Shown here one piece after another: positions 23,584-32,000 of a DNA stretch of 32,000 nucleotides (positions are counted from its first letter, which is position 1; every line of letters starts with the position of its first letter). The notes beneath the pieces are model-generated. The model did no database searches. It saw only the letters and a program-made list of their open reading frames with translations, and was not told the DNA's origin. This DNA comes from Sinorhizobium meliloti (GTDB lineage: Bacteria > Pseudomonadota > Alphaproteobacteria > Rhizobiales > Rhizobiaceae). The stretch is from contig NZ_JAGIOS010000003.1 in assembly GCF_017876815.1 (NCBI RefSeq), forward strand, positions 420,001 to 452,000. Reading direction: 5' to 3'. Made by a program: the position numbers and the translations under genes.

Positions 23584-25954
23584 CCTGACCACACTCAGAT
23601 CTCGCGAACTCGGTCCGGAGACCTTCATCCCCTATGTCCGCCATGTCGACGAGTCGACAATCGCGCTCGATTCCCGGGCGCTGATGGTGATGATCGCGCT
23701 CGAAGGCGTCTCCTTCGAGACCGCCGATATTCTCGACCTGAATGCCCTCCATCGCGACCTCAACACCCTCTACCGCAACATCGCCGACGAGCGGCTTGCC
23801 TTGTGGACGCATCTCATCCGCCGTCGCGACAACAGCTATCCAGAAGGCACGTTCGCCACACCGTTCTCGGCAGCGCTCAACGATAAGTACCGCGAAAGAA
23901 TGGTGGGCGAGGACCTGTTTCGCAACGACCTCTATCTGTCAATTCTCTGGTCACCAGCTCGCGATCCGGCAGACAAGGCGGCAAAACTGCTGTCGCGCCT
24001 GCGTCGGGCCCGCCGGGTCGGGACCGAACTCGATGAGGACGCCCTCAAGCATCTCCGCGACAAGGTCATCGACGTCACCGCCGCTTTGAGACGCTTCGAG
24101 CCGCGCGTGTTGACCCTCTACGAGCACGACGGCCTCATGTTCTCGGAACCGAGCGAGGTGCTCCATCAGCTCGTCGGCGGCCGTCGCGAGCCGATCCCGC
24201 TGACAGAGGGGCACATCGCCTCTGCCATCTACTCGGATCGCGTCATCGTGGGGCGCGAGACGATTGAGATCCGGCACGAGGCGGACAGCCGTTATGCCGG
24301 CATGCTGAGCTTCAAGGAGTATCCGGCCCGCACCAGGACCGGCATGCTTGATGCCGTGCTCACCAGCCCGTTTGAACTCATTCTGGCGCAATCCTTCTCT
24401 TTCGTCTCGAAGGCCGACGCGCGCGTGATCATGGGCCGCAAGCAAAACCAGATGGTCAGCAGCGGCGACAAGGCGGCCTCGCAGATCGAGGAACTTGATG
24501 GGGCGATGGACGATCTGGAGTCCAACCGGTTCGTGTTCGGCGAGCACCACCTGACGCTTTCCGTCTTTGCCCCCTCAGTGAAGGAACTGACCGACAATCT
24601 TGCCAAGGCACGCGCCAGCATGACCAGTGGCGGCGCAGTCGTCGCGCGTGAGGATCTCGGCCTTGAGGCGGCCTGGTGGGCGCAGCTACCGGGCAACTTC
24701 CGTTATAGGGCCCGGTCCGGCGCGATCACGTCACGGAACTTCGCAGCGCTGTCGCCCTTCCACTCTTATCCGCTCGGCCAAAGGGACGGTAACGAGTGGG
24801 GACCCGCCGTCGCCCTGCTCAAGACCGCGTCCGGCTCGCCGTACTACTTCAACTTCCATTACGGCGATCTCGGCAACACCTTCGTCTGCGGGCCGTCCGG
24901 CGCCGGCAAAACGGTGCTGCTCAACTTCATGCTGTCGCAACTAGAAAAGCATGATCCGCATGTGGTGTTCTTCGATAAGGACAGGGGAGCCGATCTCTAC
25001 GTGCGCGCCGCCGGCGGCACCTATCTGCCTCTCAAGAACGGCATCCCGACCGGTTGCACCCCCTTAAAGGCCCTCCAATTGACGCCGGAGAACAAGGTCT
25101 TTCTGACACGCTGGGTCGGCAAGCTGGTCGGCTCGGCAACGCGTGAACTGAGCGTGACCGAACTCCGCGACATTGCGTCCGCAATCGACGGCCTTGCCGA
25201 CCTGCCGGTCGAGCGTCGGACGATCGGCGCGCTCAGGACCTTTCTCGACAACACGAACCCGGAAGGGATCGCAGCCAGGCTGCGGCGGTGGGAGAGGGGA
25301 GGGCCGCTCGGCTGGGTCTTTGACAACGTCATCGAGGATATCGGTTTCGGAGAATCCGGCGGTGGCAAGTTCGTCGGCTACGACATGACCGACTTTCTCG
25401 ACAACGAGGAAATCCGGACCCCCCTGATGGCCTATCTCTTCCATCGTGTCGAGCAACTGATCGACGGCCGCAGGATCATCATCGTTATCGACGAGTTCTG
25501 GAAAGTGCTCCAGGACGAAGGGTTCCGCGATCTCGCGCAGAACAAGCTCAAGACGATCCGCAAGCAGAACGGCCTCATGCTGTTTGCGACACAGAGCCCG
25601 CGCGACGCGATCGTCTCGCCGATCGCTCACACCATCATCGAGCAATGCCCGACACAGATCTTCCTGCCGAACTCCCGCGGCAATCATGGCGACTATGTCG
25701 ATGGCTTCAAGCTGACGGAGCGCGAATTCGAGCTGGTCGCGCGTGAGCTCTCCATCGAGAGCCGGCGGTTCGTGTTGAAGCAGGGACATAACAGCGTCGT
25801 CGCCGAGCTGGATCTCAAGGGCCTCGACGACGAACTCGCCATCCTCTCCGGACGAACCGCCAATGTCGAACTTGCCGATGCGATCCGTGCGGAGGTCGGC
25901 AGCAATGCAAAGGATTGGCTTCCCGTTTTCCAGCAAAGAAGGAGTGCGACCTAA
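23558..25954 (+). CDS. virB4: VirB4-family T4SS ATPase
   Basis: 798 aa. N-terminus FIPYVRHVDESTIALDSRALMVMIALEGVSFETAD, Walker A CGPSGAGKT, Walker B IIIVIDEFW. Its ATG overlaps the virB3 3' end by 26 nt. Confidence 0.95.
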   Translation: MKGTSDLPSLTTLRSRELGPETFIPYVRHVDESTIALDSRALMVMIALEGVSFETADILDLNALHRDLNTLYRNIADERLALWTHLIRRRDNSYPEGTFATPFSAALNDKYRERMVGEDLFRNDLYLSILWSPARDPADKAAKLLSRLRRARRVGTELDEDALKHLRDKVIDVTAALRRFEPRVLTLYEHDGLMFSEPSEVLHQLVGGRREPIPLTEGHIASAIYSDRVIVGRETIEIRHEADSRYAGMLSFKEYPARTRTGMLDAVLTSPFELILAQSFSFVSKADARVIMGRKQNQMVSSGDKAASQIEELDGAMDDLESNRFVFGEHHLTLSVFAPSVKELTDNLAKARASMTSGGAVVAREDLGLEAAWWAQLPGNFRYRARSGAITSRNFAALSPFHSYPLGQRDGNEWGPAVALLKTASGSPYYFNFHYGDLGNTFVCGPSGAGKTVLLNFMLSQLEKHDPHVVFFDKDRGADLYVRAAGGTYLPLKNGIPTGCTPLKALQLTPENKVFLTRWVGKLVGSATRELSVTELRDIASAIDGLADLPVERRTIGALRTFLDNTNPEGIAARLRRWERGGPLGWVFDNVIEDIGFGESGGGKFVGYDMTDFLDNEEIRTPLMAYLFHRVEQLIDGRRIIIVIDEFWKVLQDEGFRDLAQNKLKTIRKQNGLMLFATQSPRDAIVSPIAHTIIEQCPTQIFLPNSRGNHGDYVDGFKLTEREFELVARELSIESRRFVLKQGHNSVVAELDLKGLDDELAILSGRTANVELADAIRAEVGSNAKDWLPVFQQRRSAT

Positions 25955-26655
25955 TGGCTTTCTTTCGAATTAATTGTGTGGTGATTGCCTCTGCGCTCAG
26001 CCTTTCCGCCACCGGTGCGGCAGGGCAGGGGATCCCGGTGATCGACCAGACCGCGATCGCCAAGCAGATCGAGAGCATCGCGCAGCTGAAAGTCCAACTC
26101 GATGCGCTCAATCAGCAGATCGAGCAGGCACAGCAGCTCCACGGTTCGCTCAACAAGCTCACCGACATGGCGGATGTTGCCAGCGCCTTGAACGATCCGG
26201 CCATTCGCAAAGCGCTGCCGGCAGACTTCAGCGCCATTGAGGACCTGTTCAAAGGCAACAGTACGGGCGTCTTCGCTGACTCAGCCTCAAAGCTTCTCGA
26301 AGGCAATACGACCTATCAAACCAACGCCGCCGACGACTTCTACGCGCAGGAGCTTTCGCGCATCCAGAACAAGAACGCCGGTCAGATGAGCCTCGGCCAA
26401 CAGATTTATGATGCCGCGACCAAGCGCATAGACGGCATCGACCAGCTGCGCGAGAAGATTTCGACGGCAGGCGACGCCAAAGATATCGCCGACCTGCAGG
26501 CGCGACTTCAGGCCGAGCAGGCCTTCCTTCAGACCGATGTATTGCGGATGGAGGGTCTGCGGATGGTGCAGCAGGCGCAGGCGCAGATCGATGAACAGCG
26601 CAAGGCCGAGGACTGGCGGCAGCGCATGGACGCCATGGGAGCCGCACTGCAATGA
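25954..26655 (+). CDS. virB5: VirB5/TrbJ-like minor pilus / adhesin component
   Basis: ORF track 25915..26655. The ATG at 25954 overlaps the virB4 TAA (TAATG) and follows AAGGAG. Signal peptide MAFFRINCVVIASALSLSATGAAG, then the helical Q-rich segment IPVIDQTAIAKQIESIAQLKVQLDALNQQIEQAQQ. Confidence 0.8.
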   Translation: MAFFRINCVVIASALSLSATGAAGQGIPVIDQTAIAKQIESIAQLKVQLDALNQQIEQAQQLHGSLNKLTDMADVASALNDPAIRKALPADFSAIEDLFKGNSTGVFADSASKLLEGNTTYQTNAADDFYAQELSRIQNKNAGQMSLGQQIYDAATKRIDGIDQLREKISTAGDAKDIADLQARLQAEQAFLQTDVLRMEGLRMVQQAQAQIDEQRKAEDWRQRMDAMGAALQ

Positions 26656-26867
26656 GGGTGCACTTTTTCTGTGTTTTTCTCTTCGTTTTGGCCGCTTGCT
26701 CGAAAGAAGCCGAGCGCGTCTACACCGTCGATGAACTGATTGCCGACGAAGCGCTGCTTGCCGACGTGATCGGCAAATGCCGCCACAATTCGGGTGAGTT
26801 GAGTAACACTCTGAATTGCCAAACCGCTGCGGCCGCAGATTTCAGGGCGCGTCTTGAACGAATGTAA
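26652..26867 (+). CDS. Small lipoprotein in the pKM101 eex position (entry-exclusion-like, EexN-type candidate)
   Basis: 71 aa with an ATGA overlap with virB5. Lipobox FVLAA/C. The mature part of about 52 aa has two further Cys. Its location between virB5 and virB6 equals that of eex in the IncN pKM101 tra operon. Confidence 0.55.
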   Translation: MRVHFFCVFLFVLAACSKEAERVYTVDELIADEALLADVIGKCRHNSGELSNTLNCQTAAAADFRARLERM

Positions 26868-26889
26868 GGAGCGCTCGGAGGTAAAAACC

Positions 26890-27825
26890 GTGTATCAAGT
26901 CTTCGCCTTTGTCGACGGGCAGTTCAAGGCACCGCTCGAGACCTTCATTGCCTCGGGAACGTCGAACATTGCCGAGTGGGTCACTGGTCCCCTGACGACG
27001 GCGGTCACCCTTTACGTGGTCCTCTATGGCTATCTCGTGCTGCGCGGCTCGGTCCAGGAACCGATCCTCGATTTCGCCTTCCGTGCAATCAAGCTCGCCA
27101 TCATCGTCATGCTGGTGAAGAACGCTAGCGAATACCAGACCTACGTAACGAACATCTTCTTTGACGTCCTTCCGCGCGAAATCTCCCAGGCGCTGAATAC
27201 CGGGACGGAGCCGAACGCTTCGACCTTCGACGGGCTGCTCGACAAGGGACAACAGTGCGCCAAAGAGATCTGGGCGCGTGCCTCCTGGCCTATCGACATC
27301 GTCAGTGGCACGAGCGGCATGCTCGTGATCGGCGCAAGCTTCATTGTCGCCGCTATCGGCTACATCGTCTCGCTCTATGCCAGGCTTGCGCTTGCCATCG
27401 TGCTGGCGATCGGGCCGATCTTCGTGGCATTGGCCATGTTCCAGTCGACGCGTCGGTTCACCGAGGCCTGGATTGGGCAGCTTGCGAACTTCGTGATCCT
27501 GCAGGTCCTCGTCGTCGCCGTCGGCTCGCTGCTGATCACCTCAGTCGATACGACCTTTTCAGCGATCGATGCCTATAGCGATGTGCTGATGCGGCCGATC
27601 GCACTCTGCGCCATCTGCCTCGCGGCTCTCTATGTCTTCTATCAACTCCCGAACATCGCCTCGGCGCTTGCCGCCGGCGGCGCGTCGTTGACCTACGGCT
27701 ACGGCGCCGCACGCGACGCCCACGAAAGCACGCTCGCCTGGGCGGCTTCCCATACCGTCCGTGCGGCCGGACGTGGTGTCCGTGCCGTTGGCCGAACCTT
27801 CACCTCAAAAGGCTCCGGATCATGA
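26890..27825 (+). CDS. virB6: VirB6/TrbL-family polytopic inner-membrane protein
   Basis: The ORF-track start at 26854 is a TTG overlapping the lipoprotein gene. The GTG at 26890 lies 8 nt after GGAGG (26877-26881) and is preferred. Multiple TM helices with a central Trp-containing periplasmic loop (KEIWARASWPID). Confidence 0.85.
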   Translation: MYQVFAFVDGQFKAPLETFIASGTSNIAEWVTGPLTTAVTLYVVLYGYLVLRGSVQEPILDFAFRAIKLAIIVMLVKNASEYQTYVTNIFFDVLPREISQALNTGTEPNASTFDGLLDKGQQCAKEIWARASWPIDIVSGTSGMLVIGASFIVAAIGYIVSLYARLALAIVLAIGPIFVALAMFQSTRRFTEAWIGQLANFVILQVLVVAVGSLLITSVDTTFSAIDAYSDVLMRPIALCAICLAALYVFYQLPNIASALAAGGASLTYGYGAARDAHESTLAWAASHTVRAAGRGVRAVGRTFTSKGSGS

Positions 27826-28136
27826 CGCTTTTCGCTGGAACAAGAGAAAGGCTCTCCAGGAATAATCAGAACATTCCGCTGCTTTGCATTGCGGCGATCT
27901 TAAGCGGTTGCGCATCGATGACCTATCCGCCCCCGAAATGTGACGGCTATTCGCGCCGGCCTCTCAATCGATCGATGTGGCAGTGGGAAGACAATAGCAA
28001 CTTCAAGCTGAAACAGTCCGGTGCGCGACCGGCGGCTTCTCAGTCCGTCGCCACCGCTGATGTCGACGAGGGCAGGGAATTTCCCACCTTCGCACATCTC
28101 GACATCGACGCATCCTATCGTCCTTGCGAGGGTTGA
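27822..28136 (+). CDS. virB7: VirB7-like outer-membrane lipoprotein with long C-terminal extension
   Basis: ATGA overlap with virB6. Lipobox AILSG/C. PKCDGYSRRPLNRSMWQW resembles the C-x-G-P-x-x-PLN-x-x-x-W core of Agrobacterium VirB7 (from memory). It is 104 aa, whereas canonical VirB7 is about 55 aa. Confidence 0.7.
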   Translation: MTLFAGTRERLSRNNQNIPLLCIAAILSGCASMTYPPPKCDGYSRRPLNRSMWQWEDNSNFKLKQSGARPAASQSVATADVDEGREFPTFAHLDIDASYRPCEG

Positions 28137-28140
28137 CTCG

Positions 28141-28812
28141 ATGGTCTCGGCGGACGAACTCAAGACATACTTCGAAAAAGCGCGACGCTTCGATCAGGAC
28201 CGCGTGATCCAGGTCGAGCGCTCGGCACGCATCGCCTGGTCTGTTGCGATCGTAGCCGGCATTCTTGCGGGCGCTTCGATCTTCACCGTCGCCGCCCTCA
28301 CGCCGCTGAAAACGATCGAGCCATTTGTCGTGCGCGTCGACAATTCGACGGGCATTGTCGATGTCGTCTCGGCGCTGACGTCGACGGCCGGCACTTACGA
28401 CGAGGCCGTGACCAAATACTTCGCCGCGAAATACGTGCGTGCGCGGGAAGGCTATGTCTGGAGTGAGGCGGAGGAGAACTTCCGCACCGTCGCCTTGCTG
28501 TCGACGCAGCCGGAGCAAGCTCGTTTTTCGGCCATCTATCGCGGCAGCAATCCAGACTCGCCGCAGAACACGTACGGGCGCAGCGCCACAGCGCGCATCA
28601 GCATCGCGTCGATCTCGCTAATCAATCCGAATGTCGTGTCCGTCCGTTACATGCGCACGATTACCCGCGGCGAGGAGGTTCAACCCACCCATTGGGTTGC
28701 GACGCTCACCTTCTCTTATGTGAACTCGCCGATGTCATCGACGGATCGGCTGGTGAATCCTCTTGGTTTTGCGGTTAGCGAATACCGGGCCGATCCGGAG
28801 GCCATCAACTGA
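28141..28812 (+). CDS. virB8: VirB8-family bitopic inner-membrane protein
   Basis: The ORF-track start at 28021 would overlap virB7; the ATG at 28141 lies 4 nt after the virB7 stop. YFEKARRFDQDRV, TM IAWSVAIVAGILAGASIF, then a periplasmic domain (KYFAAKYVRAREGY). Confidence 0.9.
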   Translation: MVSADELKTYFEKARRFDQDRVIQVERSARIAWSVAIVAGILAGASIFTVAALTPLKTIEPFVVRVDNSTGIVDVVSALTSTAGTYDEAVTKYFAAKYVRAREGYVWSEAEENFRTVALLSTQPEQARFSAIYRGSNPDSPQNTYGRSATARISIASISLINPNVVSVRYMRTITRGEEVQPTHWVATLTFSYVNSPMSSTDRLVNPLGFAVSEYRADPEAIN

Positions 28813-29666
28813 TGCGGACTACTTTCATCGCCACCCTCCTTCTTACGGCCGCCGCCTCCACGGCGCTTGCCCTCGAAATCCCGCGCGGCGCGGCGCAGGA
28901 CAGCCGCGTCCGTTTCGTCGACTACCAGCCCTACAACATCACCCGCATCATCGGCTCGCTGCGCTCCTCGGTGCAGGTGGAGTTCGCGCCCGACGAGGAG
29001 ATCGCCCATGTCGCGCTCGGCAACAGTGTGGCCTGGGAGGTCGCCCCAGCGGGCAACATCCTGTTTCTCAAACCGCGGGAAAATCAGCCGGTCACCAATA
29101 TCTCCGTCGTGACCACCCGGCGCGACGGATCGACCCGAAGCTACCAGATGGAGCTGACGGTACGGGATGGAAAGGTGGAGGTCGGCCAGAACACCTACTT
29201 TTACGTCAAGTACCGATATCCCGCCGACGAAGCCGAACGCAGGCGACAGGCCGCGGCCGCGCGTGCGATCGCCGCCCAGGCGAAGGAAGCCGACAACGTG
29301 CTGGCCATTCATGAAGCCTATGGGCCAAGGAACTGGCGCTATTCGGCGCAAGGCGCACAGGCGCTGGAACCGCAATCGGTCTACGACAATGGCAAGGTCA
29401 CGACCTTTGCCTTCGTTGGCAATCAGGAAATGCCGGCCATCTACATCGAGAACTCGGACGGCAGTGAGAGCCTGGTTCCCAAGTCTGTCGACGGCAACCT
29501 GGTGCTGGTACACGCGATCAGCCGCAAGTTCATCCTTCGGAGGGGAGGGGACGTTCTTTGCGTCTTTAACGAAGCCTACGACCACGTCGGCATCAATCCG
29601 GATACTAACACGACCTCGCCCTCCGTCGAGCGGATCGTGCGGATCGACGCAGGAGCGGTGCAATAG
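28812..29666 (+). CDS. virB9: VirB9-family outer-membrane core-complex protein
   Basis: TGATG overlap with virB8. Signal peptide MRTTFIATLLLTAAASTALA. Beta-rich N- and C-domains (NISVVTTRRDGSTRSYQMEL). Position between VirB8 and VirB10. Confidence 0.9.
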   Translation: MRTTFIATLLLTAAASTALALEIPRGAAQDSRVRFVDYQPYNITRIIGSLRSSVQVEFAPDEEIAHVALGNSVAWEVAPAGNILFLKPRENQPVTNISVVTTRRDGSTRSYQMELTVRDGKVEVGQNTYFYVKYRYPADEAERRRQAAAARAIAAQAKEADNVLAIHEAYGPRNWRYSAQGAQALEPQSVYDNGKVTTFAFVGNQEMPAIYIENSDGSESLVPKSVDGNLVLVHAISRKFILRRGGDVLCVFNEAYDHVGINPDTNTTSPSVERIVRIDAGAVQ

Positions 29667-29675
29667 GAGGCTGCC

Positions 29676-30848
29676 ATGGCTCAAGAAGATGAAAACCGGA
29701 TACCGGGCGAGCGGGCCGAGACGGTTTCCGGCAGGAAGATCGATAACAATCCCATGCTGAAGCGCGGCGCCGTGGCGCTGGCGGTCGTTGCCTTTGTCGG
29801 CTTCGCCTTGTTGGCGATGGGCGGGGAAGGGAAACGGCAGGACAATGCCCAGCCGGAGCGCGTGGTCATCCGACAAACGACGAACTTCGAACCGGCCAAG
29901 GAGAAATTGGAACCCGTTCAGCCAGTGCCGGAAGTGAAGCTGCCAACTCCCGTCGTGACCGAGGAGGTCAAGGAGGAAGACCCACTGCTCGACTCGGCGC
30001 GGCGGGCGCCCGTCATCGCCTATAGCAGCGGACAGAAAAACGCGACATCGCACCGTGACACCGAAAATCCTCCCATTTCGGCGGACAGCAATTTCATACC
30101 GCTCGATGGAGACACGATGGGCCGGAATACGGCCAATGCCGATGAACAGCGGTTCGAGGGGTTGCTGCGGCCGACCAGGCTTGAGGGCTCACGCGCCGGC
30201 ACGCTCGGCAACCGGAACTTCATCGTTGCGATGGGAACCTCGATACCCTGTGTCCTGGAAACTGCCATGGCATCTGATCAACCTGGCTTTACAAGCTGCG
30301 TGATCAACCGTGACGTCCTCTCGGACAATGGCCGAGTCGTGCTGATGGAGAAAGGCACTCAAGTTCTCGGCGAGTACCGCGGCGGCCTTCAGCGAGGACA
30401 GAAGCGCCTCTTCGTGCTCTGGAACCGTGCGAAAACCCCGAATGGCGTCATCGTCACATTGGCCTCGCCGGCAACGGATGCCCTCGGCCGAGCCGGCGTG
30501 GATGGCTACGTCGACACTCACTGGTGGGAGCGGTTTGGAAGTGCGCTTCTCCTTTCCATCGTAGGCGACGCCACGAGCTATGCCAGCAGCCGCCTGCAGG
30601 ACAGCGACGTCGACGCGCAGAAAACGACGAGCGCAGGCCAGCAGGCGGCGGCGGTCGCTGTCGAGCAATCGATCAACATTCCGCCGACGCTCAACAAACA
30701 TCAGGGTGAACTGGTCTCGATCTTCGTGGCGCGCGATCTCGACTTTTCTGGTGTCTACGGATTGCGGGTGACCGGGTCGAAAAACAAGGTCCTCGACCGG
30801 GCGGTGCCGGGGGACTTCAGGCCGCAGTCAACGCTCGTGACGAAGTAG
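29676..30848 (+). CDS. virB10: VirB10/TrbI-family envelope-spanning core protein
   Basis: SD AGGAGG 5 nt upstream. TM AVALAVVAFVGFALLAM, Pro-rich linker EPVQPVPEVKLPTPVV. C-terminal TrbI domain (GTSIPCVLETAMASDQPGFTSCVINRDVLSDNGRVVLMEKGTQVLGEY, RLFVLWNRAKTPNGV). Confidence 0.95.
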   Translation: MAQEDENRIPGERAETVSGRKIDNNPMLKRGAVALAVVAFVGFALLAMGGEGKRQDNAQPERVVIRQTTNFEPAKEKLEPVQPVPEVKLPTPVVTEEVKEEDPLLDSARRAPVIAYSSGQKNATSHRDTENPPISADSNFIPLDGDTMGRNTANADEQRFEGLLRPTRLEGSRAGTLGNRNFIVAMGTSIPCVLETAMASDQPGFTSCVINRDVLSDNGRVVLMEKGTQVLGEYRGGLQRGQKRLFVLWNRAKTPNGVIVTLASPATDALGRAGVDGYVDTHWWERFGSALLLSIVGDATSYASSRLQDSDVDAQKTTSAGQQAAAVAVEQSINIPPTLNKHQGELVSIFVARDLDFSGVYGLRVTGSKNKVLDRAVPGDFRPQSTLVTK

Positions 30849-30858
30849 AGCAAGGCCG

Positions 30859-31848
30859 ATGACCGAAGGTGCCGACGCAACGGTCGTTCGTGAACTGCTC
30901 TCTCCGTTCGCGCCGTTCCTCGGTGACAGGTCGCTCTACGAAGTGATCGTAAACCGGCCCGGGCAAGTGCTGACGGAAGGCGCTGGTGGTTGGCGGACCT
31001 ATGACCTGCCGGAGCTTTCCTTCGAGAAGCTGATGCGCCTTGCCCGGGCAGTTGCCAGTTTTTCCCACCAATCAATTGATGAAACGCGACCGATCCTATC
31101 GGCAACCCTGCCCGGGGACGAACGCATCCAGATCGTCATCCCGCCAGCCACCACCAGGAACACGGTCAGCATCACCATCCGCAAGCCATCGTCGGTCACA
31201 TTCACCCTCAATGATCTGAAAGAGAGAGAGTTTTTCTCAGAGACGCGATCGGCCAACGACGGCGCCTCGACGCGGGACGAGGGCTTGCTGGCGCTTTACC
31301 GTGCCGGCCGCTTCAAGGAATTTTTGCGACAAGCCGTCATTTCACGGAAGAACATCATCATCTCAGGCGCAACCGGTTCGGGCAAGACGACTCTCTCGAA
31401 AGCGCTGATTAAACACATTCCCGAGCATGAGCGGATCATTTCGATCGAGGACACACCCGAACTCATTATTCCGCAGCCCAACCACGTGCGCCTATTCTAT
31501 TCGAACGGTGCCCAGGGACTCTCGGGGGCTGGCCCCAAAGAGCTGCTCGAATCCTGTCTCCGGATGCGGCCGGACCGAATTTTGCTGCAGGAACTGCGCG
31601 ATGGCACGGCATTCTACTACGTTCGCAACGTCAACTCCGGTCACCCCGGATCGATAACTACCGTGCATGCCGATTCTGCCAAACTCGCCTTCCAACAGTT
31701 AACGCTTCTCGTGAAGGAATCGGCAGGGGGACGGAATCTGGACCGTGATGACATCGATAAATTATTGAAGGTATCGATCGACGTAATTGTTCAATGCAAG
31801 CGAATAGATGGGCGATTTCGTGCAACAGAAATCTACGTTCGAGCCTAA
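30859..31848 (+). CDS. virB11: VirB11-family traffic ATPase
   Basis: Walker A GATGSGKTT, Asp/Walker B box RILLQELRD, His box GHPGSITTVHA. 329 aa. Confidence 0.95.
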   Translation: MTEGADATVVRELLSPFAPFLGDRSLYEVIVNRPGQVLTEGAGGWRTYDLPELSFEKLMRLARAVASFSHQSIDETRPILSATLPGDERIQIVIPPATTRNTVSITIRKPSSVTFTLNDLKEREFFSETRSANDGASTRDEGLLALYRAGRFKEFLRQAVISRKNIIISGATGSGKTTLSKALIKHIPEHERIISIEDTPELIIPQPNHVRLFYSNGAQGLSGAGPKELLESCLRMRPDRILLQELRDGTAFYYVRNVNSGHPGSITTVHADSAKLAFQQLTLLVKESAGGRNLDRDDIDKLLKVSIDVIVQCKRIDGRFRATEIYVRA

Positions 31849-32000
31849 ACTTGTAGGCCCGCGGTTCGAATTGAGTCTGATGCGTTTCTTCATGCGCTAC
31901 GCACGGCGCAGATTCTCAATGTTCTTTCGGCAACCGATGGAGGGCGCTCACCGCCTATGGATGTTCTTACTTTCTCTGCATCGGGAGCCAGTGCGAGGAT

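Larger units (their letters stand above)
21293..31848 (+). mobile_element. Conjugation-type mating-pair-formation module (regulator plus VirB/AvhB-like T4SS operon)
   Basis: Thirteen co-directional, mostly overlapping genes plus a divergent regulator; see the individual entries. No relaxase, coupling protein or oriT is visible in the window. Confidence 0.6.

Noticed and set aside
28716-30053. 445-aa ORF antisense to virB9/virB10
   Set aside because: It has the same low-complexity Arg/Gly/Asp-rich composition. The opposite strand carries clear VirB9 and VirB10 signatures, and the ORF has no SD or plausible start context.
31849-32000. Region after virB11. It holds a GGTTCGAAT T-loop-like string (31859-31867), a plus-strand ATG at 31881 open to the window end, and a minus-strand frame open from the window end to about 31887.
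   Set aside because: No flanking stems form a tRNA cloverleaf. Both partial frames are too short, and mutually exclusive, so neither gene nor strand can be decided. There is no VirD4-like N-terminus.
1-32000. Searched by eye for CRISPR-like spaced repeats, IS inverted repeats or transposase motifs, sigma-54 (TGGCAC-N5-TTGC) promoters, nod boxes and tra boxes
   Set aside because: No spaced repeat arrays or transposase-like ORFs were found. The few TGGCA(C/T) strings (for example near 755, 16634, 17194 and 27306) lack a correctly spaced TTGC element. There is no ATC-N9-GAT nod-box array and no TraR-type palindrome.

Overview
High-GC, Rhizobiaceae-like accessory or megaplasmid-type DNA in three blocks. 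No rRNA, tRNA, CRISPR array, IS or transposase was seen.

(1) nt 1-12100: an orphan carbohydrate locus.
- Two divergently transcribed ketose-3-epimerase-like TIM-barrel genes.
- An enolase-superfamily (MR/MLE) enzyme, an in-operon FadR-type GntR regulator and a D-2-hydroxyacid dehydrogenase.
- A convergent ABC importer: binding protein, two permeases, a translationally coupled 67-aa two-TM ORF, and two tandem MalK-like ATPases.
- Four TGGT-N3-ACCA boxes form two pairs with the same order and about 166-bp spacing. They link the epimerase promoter region and the transporter promoter region.

(2) nt 12100-21000.
- A TetR regulator divergent from a four-gene operon: a split Tm-1-like pair (UPF0261 ATP-binding protein plus PEP-hydrolase-like TIM barrel), a cupin, and an M24 hydrolase.
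- An MHS-type MFS transporter isolated by two non-coding gaps of about 0.6 kb.
- An alpha/beta hydrolase preceded by a 50-bp palindrome containing three copies of one box.
- A RibD-C/DHFR-family gene and a GST C-terminal remnant.

(3) nt 21300-31850.
- A complete, tightly coupled virB1-virB11 type IV secretion operon.
- A divergent RctA-like winged-helix regulator.
- A frameshifted Cys-rich TrbM/KikA-like first gene.
- An Eex-like lipoprotein between virB5 and virB6.
- No coupling protein, relaxase or oriT lies inside the window.

The least-described elements are, in my judgement, the TetR-controlled Tm-1-like/cupin/M24 operon, the paired operator architecture, the small coupled ABC-operon ORF, the broken first T4SS gene and the orphan triple-box palindrome. 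All family assignments rest on motifs read by eye. No database search was possible.
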